Shown one piece after another: positions 38,568 to 42,237 of a DNA stretch of 42,237 bases. The notes under the pieces are model-generated. The model was given only the letters and a program-made list of their open reading frames with translations, was not told where the DNA came from and ran no database searches. The translations under genes were made by a program, and so were the position numbers. Every line of letters begins with the position of its first letter. The first letter of the stretch is position 1. Source of the stretch: Anaerolineales bacterium (GTDB taxonomy: Bacteria > Chloroflexota > Anaerolineae > Anaerolineales > DRMV01); the NCBI GenBank assembly GCA_027019065.1, contig JALUXH010000195.1, forward strand, positions 1-42,237, in the 5' to 3' direction.

Positions 38568-38704
38568 GGGGGAAGCCGCAATTTTCAGCAAGCCCCCTGG
38601 TTTCATTTGAGGGGCGCCGATGGGGTGTGTTTGTGGGCAGGAAACCATCCCGCCCTCCGGAGCACCCTTGCACGCTTTCGCCACATTCCCCAGGAAGGAA
38701 CAAC

Positions 38705-39892
38705 ATGAACTTTGACGAGTATATTGACCGCCGCGAGTACCCCACCCTCAAGTGGCGCGCCGCTTTCCTGAACGAACACTTTGGAAACCCCGACGCCATC
38801 CCCATGTCGGTCGCCGACATGGACTTCAAAGCCCCGCCCGCTGTCATCGCGCGGCTCGGGCAGCGGGCCGCGCATGGCGTGTACGGCTACGGCTATCGCC
38901 CCGAGGGCTATTTCGGGGCTTTGCTGGCCTGGTACCGCGACCGCTACGGTTGGGAAATTGCCCGAGAGCACCTTGTGCCCAGCCCTTCTATCCTGAACGC
39001 CATGGCCATCCTGATCAACCAGCATTCAGAACGGGGAAACGGCGTCATCCTTCAGCCGCCGGTGTTTTTTGAATTCCGCATGGTTATCCGCCGCAACCAC
39101 CGCCGCGTGGTCAAGAACCCCCTCCGGTTGGTGGACGGCCATTACGAGATTGATTTTGAAGACCTGGAACGCAAAGCCGCTGACCCCAACAACAAAATTT
39201 TGATTCTCTGCAGCCCGCACAACCCCGTGGGGCGGGTGTGGCAGCGGGAAGAACTGGAACAGGTGGCCGCAATCTGCCGGCGGCATGGCGTTTTCGTGAT
39301 TGCCGATGAAATCCACGGCGATTTTGCCCTCCCGCCGCGGCAATTTGTGCCCTATTTGAGCGTCGCCGATGGCGAAAACGCGGCGGCCTGCATTTCCCCC
39401 GCCAAAACTTTCAACATCTCGGGGCTGGTGGAAGCGTTCACCATCATCCCCAACGCCGCCCATCGGCAGGCGTTTCGCGCCTTCATGGAGCAATACTTCC
39501 TTGACCGGGTTCATGTGTTTGGCGTGGAAGCCGTGGAAGCCGCCTACCGGGACGGCGGCGCATGGCTTGATGCCCTGTTGGCATACCTGCGAGGGCAGGT
39601 GGATTTCATCCGGGCCTATTTGCAGCGCGCCGACATCGGCGTTTCGCTCATTGAGCCGGAAGGCACCTTTCTGGCGTGGCTGGATTTTCGGGGGCTTGGT
39701 CTGGAAGCCAAAGCGTTGGAACAGTTTCTGGCGCACGAAGCACAGATTGCCCTTGCGCAGGGTTACTGGTTCGGGCGCGAAGGGGCGGGCTTTGGCCGCA
39801 TGACGATAGCCTGCCCTCGCCAAACGCTTGAGCGTGCGCTCAACAACCTGCGCGCGGCCGTGCTGGCGCGGCGGGCCCGCGGCGGAACCTGA
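38705..39892 (+). CDS. PLP-dependent C-S lyase / aminotransferase, MalY/PatB family (cystathionine beta-lyase-like)
   Basis: MNFDEYIDRREYPTLKW N-terminus and PLP-Lys context SPAKTFNISG. ATG 38705 has AGGAAGGA upstream. The longer ORF from 38357 overlaps the kinase gene. Confidence 0.85.
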   Translation: MNFDEYIDRREYPTLKWRAAFLNEHFGNPDAIPMSVADMDFKAPPAVIARLGQRAAHGVYGYGYRPEGYFGALLAWYRDRYGWEIAREHLVPSPSILNAMAILINQHSERGNGVILQPPVFFEFRMVIRRNHRRVVKNPLRLVDGHYEIDFEDLERKAADPNNKILILCSPHNPVGRVWQREELEQVAAICRRHGVFVIADEIHGDFALPPRQFVPYLSVADGENAAACISPAKTFNISGLVEAFTIIPNAAHRQAFRAFMEQYFLDRVHVFGVEAVEAAYRDGGAWLDALLAYLRGQVDFIRAYLQRADIGVSLIEPEGTFLAWLDFRGLGLEAKALEQFLAHEAQIALAQGYWFGREGAGFGRMTIACPRQTLERALNNLRAAVLARRARGGT

Positions 39893-39917
39893 ACGCCGTT
39901 ACCTGCCGGTGGGGTAT

Positions 39918-40742
39918 TCACCGTGCCAGGCGCGCCATCACGCCTGCCCATTCCCCCGCGTTCAACACGCCGAAGACAAAACGCAGCCCCAGCGCGGCGG
40001 CAAAGCCGCGGCGGAAGGCGTCGGCGGCTTCCCACCAGCCGATTTCGCGGCCCGCGGCGGTGGAAGCCGTAATGGCGCGTTGCCGCACCGCGGTGCGGGC
40101 GGCTTCGCGCGCCGCCTCGTCGGGAAAGCGCAGCGCGTCGGCGATGCGCCCCAGATCGCTCCACAGCGGCAGGCTGCCGTGCTGCAACACCGCGCCGTCC
40201 CGCCGCGCCTGCGCGCTGCCGATGAGTTTCCGCCCCCCCGCGGTGATTTCGTAACTGGAGGGCGTCTCGAAACACACCGCAGCGGGCTGCTTTTCCGGCG
40301 GGCGCTCGCCTTCCATCCGGGCTCCGATGCCCAGCAGGCGCAGGGCTTCCAGCAGCCCGGCGGCAATGCGGCGGTAGCTGGGCAGCACGCCGCCGCGCAT
40401 CAGGGGGTGGTCGGCGGGGGCAATGAGGGCGTAGGTCAGTTCGTCGGTATGCAAAATCGCCCGGCCGCCGGTGGGGCGGCGCACCATCTGCCAGCCGCGG
40501 GCAGCCAGGCGCGCTGCATCGGCTTCTTCCTCGGGCTGGTGGCGGCCCAACGAAAGGCACGGCGGCGACCACGCGTACAGCCGCAGCGTGGGCGGGGCTT
40601 CCCCGCGCCCCACGGCGGCCAGCACCGCTTCGTCCACGGCCATGTTCCAGGCCCCGGCAGCAGGCGGCATAAGCACAAGGCGGAATTGCGTTATTTCTTC
40701 GCCCATCGGCAGAAGTTCCCCGGCGGTGAAAGGTGGGGGCAT
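39918..40742 (-). CDS. lipoate-protein ligase family protein (BPL/LplA/LipB catalytic domain only; LplA-N/LipM-like)
   Basis: RRPTGGRAILH and GRKLIGSAQ motifs. About 274 aa with no LplA C-terminal domain. ATG 40742 forms an ATGA overlap with the upstream gene's stop; the alternative ATG is at 40706. Confidence 0.8.
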   Translation of the reverse strand: MPPPFTAGELLPMGEEITQFRLVLMPPAAGAWNMAVDEAVLAAVGRGEAPPTLRLYAWSPPCLSLGRHQPEEEADAARLAARGWQMVRRPTGGRAILHTDELTYALIAPADHPLMRGGVLPSYRRIAAGLLEALRLLGIGARMEGERPPEKQPAAVCFETPSSYEITAGGRKLIGSAQARRDGAVLQHGSLPLWSDLGRIADALRFPDEAAREAARTAVRQRAITASTAAGREIGWWEAADAFRRGFAAALGLRFVFGVLNAGEWAGVMARLAR

Positions 40743-42237
40743 CAGGGGCCGGCTTCGCCCCTCGGCGAAGCCGCCACCACAACGGTTTCGGCGGCCACGC
40801 TCTGATTGCCCGCTGCGTCGGCGGCCACCAGCCGCAGGGTGTGCTTCCCCGCCGCCAGCGGCACGGCGAAGGTGTACGGCGGGGCGTAGAGGGTGGCCGC
40901 CGTTTGGCCGTCCACTTCCAGCCGCACCCACGCCAACAGCAGGTCGTCGGCTGCATCGGCCTGCACAATCAGCGCGTCGCCTGCGGCAAGCGGCACGACT
41001 TCCCGGGCGCGAGGGCGGGCAAAATCCACTTTGGGCGGGCGGGCGTCCACCGTAACCTGGGTGGTGGCGGTGTGGGCGCGTCCCTGCGCGTCGGTTACGA
41101 TGAGTTGCACGGCATACAGACCGTTCAGGCCGCTTGTATCCCACTGGCCCAGCACGCCTGCCTGCACCGGCTGCTTCCCCTCGGCCACCACCAGCCAGCG
41201 GCGCGGGTTCAGCCCCTGCCCCACCTGCACACGGTAAGCGGCGAAATCCTTGCCCGCGGCCGTGCCCCGCAGCGTGACCACGCCGCGCACATACGCAAAG
41301 GGAGCCGGGGCGGTCAGGGCCACGGAAGGGTCGGGGCGCGGTTCGGGCACGCGGTCGTAGCCTTCCGGCGGCAGGGGAAGCCCCGCCTGGCGCGCCCAGG
41401 CCCGCGCTTCGGGCGGCACAACCATGAAAACGCGGTTTTCCACCAGTTGGGGCGGCGTAAACACGGTCGCCCGCAGGCCGGTTTCGGCATCCACCGGCAC
41501 GCGGCGGTAGAGGTTGTCGGGGGCGGTCGGCTCCCGCCCTTGCAGGAAAACTTCATCCACCAGGTTGGGGCAGTCGGCCGTGGGCAGCAGGCCGGAAGGA
41601 TCGCAAACCGTCACTTCGTTGACATCGGGGGGGCGCGGCCAGCCTTCCGGCGGCAGGTTTTGCAGCGCCACCCGTGCCAGGGCGTGCCAGTAGGCCAGCG
41701 CGGCGGCCCGGCTTTGGGAAACCTTCCCGCCGCGGGCATACACCGCCACCACCCGCTGCGGCGTAAAGCCCAGCACCCACACCCCGCCGTCGGGCGCCTG
41801 CCCCAGGTGCACGGCCACCGGGCGGCCGATTTCCAGGGGGTTGGGGTGCCCCAGGGAAGGCCATTTGGCGGCCTGGTCGGCAAGCACGTGGTTGACCAGG
41901 TAAGCAAGGCCGGGGGCGAGCACATCGCGGCGGGCCGGCCGATAGACAAAGCGGAGGTTGCCGCGGGCATCTACGGCTTGCTGCACCGCCGCGGGCTGCA
42001 GGGTTTCCCCCGTGCGGAAGCCGGCCCACTGCCCCAGGTTGGCGAAAGCCGCCATGCCGTGGGCCAGTTCGGAGAGCGTGAAACGCCCCATGCCCAGCAG
42101 CAGGCTAAAACCGTTTTCCCTCTGGCTTTGGAGGGCAGGCAGGCCGATGCGGGCCGCGGTAGCCCAGGTAGTCTGGGGGCCGAGCCGGTCAAGCAGGTGC
42201 AGGGTGGGCACGAGGTCATCGTTGGCCAGGGCGAGCC
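40742..42237 (-). CDS. penicillin-binding-protein-like gene, 3' part (end of transpeptidase-like domain plus beta-rich Ig-like C-terminal repeats); 5' end outside the window
   Basis: The frame stays open to the window edge (..LALANDDLVPTLHLL..). FTLSELAHGMAAFANLG resembles the PBP segment that precedes the KTG box. The C-terminus has Ig-like repeats (TVDARPPKVDF..., LRLVAADAAGN). Confidence 0.65.
   Translation of the reverse strand, partial: LALANDDLVPTLHLLDRLGPQTTWATAARIGLPALQSQRENGFSLLLGMGRFTLSELAHGMAAFANLGQWAGFRTGETLQPAAVQQAVDARGNLRFVYRPARRDVLAPGLAYLVNHVLADQAAKWPSLGHPNPLEIGRPVAVHLGQAPDGGVWVLGFTPQRVVAVYARGGKVSQSRAAALAYWHALARVALQNLPPEGWPRPPDVNEVTVCDPSGLLPTADCPNLVDEVFLQGREPTAPDNLYRRVPVDAETGLRATVFTPPQLVENRVFMVVPPEARAWARQAGLPLPPEGYDRVPEPRPDPSVALTAPAPFAYVRGVVTLRGTAAGKDFAAYRVQVGQGLNPRRWLVVAEGKQPVQAGVLGQWDTSGLNGLYAVQLIVTDAQGRAHTATTQVTVDARPPKVDFARPRAREVVPLAAGDALIVQADAADDLLLAWVRLEVDGQTAATLYAPPYTFAVPLAAGKHTLRLVAADAAGNQSVAAETVVVAASPRGEAGP

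Noticed and set aside
38357-38704. 5' extension of the PatB/MalY ORF (511-aa version)
   Set aside because: It overlaps the 3' end of the Ser/Thr kinase gene in another frame and is Arg/Pro/Gly-rich. Homology-like sequence begins at MNFDEY (ATG 38705), which has its own RBS.
38568-38704. Riboswitch (SAM or T-box) upstream of the C-S lyase gene; also L-box or T-box upstream of lysS (28319-28434)
   Set aside because: I could not recognise the conserved cores of SAM-I, SAM-II, T-box or lysine riboswitches by eye. The lysS leader is too short. A covariance-model scan would be needed to exclude them formally.
40743-41144. 5' extension of the lipoate-ligase-family ORF (408-aa version), and ORF 39763-40968 (-)
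   Set aside because: The extension lies inside the PBP-like gene's coding frame region and is Arg/Pro-rich. The BPL/LplA-like sequence starts downstream of 40742.

Overview
This is a GC-rich bacterial chromosomal segment, and almost all of it is core housekeeping. I found no phage, defence, toxin-antitoxin, CRISPR or transposase genes and no convincing wholly new multi-gene system.

**Minus strand, about 2.8-21.7 kb.** One tightly packed stable-RNA and ribosomal super-cluster runs in this order:
- tRNA-Thr(UGU), tRNA-Tyr(GUA), tRNA-Thr(GGU), tuf, rpsJ
- a 331-nt gap
- rplC-rplD-rplW-rplB-rpsS-rplV-rpsC-rplP-rpmC-rpsQ-rplN-rplX-rplE-rpsZ-rpsH-rplF-rplR-rpsE-rpmD-rplO-secY-adk-map
- a promoter
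- rpmJ-rpsM-rpsK-rpsD-rpoA-rplQ-truA-rplM-rpsI

A YabN/MazG-type gene follows the cluster. A convergent LysM protein gene sits at the left edge.

**Plus strand, 21.9-30.0 kb.** This part holds a peptide/nickel-type ABC importer (ATPase, ATPase, lipoprotein SBP, permease, permease) and lysS.

**30.0-35.2 kb, the only accessory-looking stretch.** Two roughly 600-nt mosaics of short interspersed repeats bracket a three-gene signalling module.
- The mosaics include two inverted copies of a 220-nt MITE-like element. One copy carries a nested 189-nt insertion with a target-site duplication.
- The module is a 97-aa DHp-like mini-protein plus two translationally coupled REC-GAF-(PAS)-histidine kinases. 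Both receiver domains appear to lack the conserved Thr and Lys.

**Right end.** An SDR oxidoreductase, ffh, a tail-anchored Ser/Thr kinase and a PatB/MalY-type C-S lyase lie on the plus strand. A convergent lipoate-protein-ligase-family gene and the 3' part of a class-A-PBP-like gene lie on the minus strand.

**Items most worth a second look:**
- the repeat-bracketed signalling module
- the nested mobile elements, which include a perfectly nested four-way-junction palindrome
- the highly structured, promoter-containing spacer that splits rpsJ from rplC
- a convergent array of 8-nt repeats upstream of the mazG-like gene

**Caveats.** The many long ORFs antisense to real genes are GC-driven shadows. 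Lineage cannot be established here; gene order and Zn-ribbon ribosomal protein forms fit a Chloroflexota- or Thermus-like thermophile, at low confidence.
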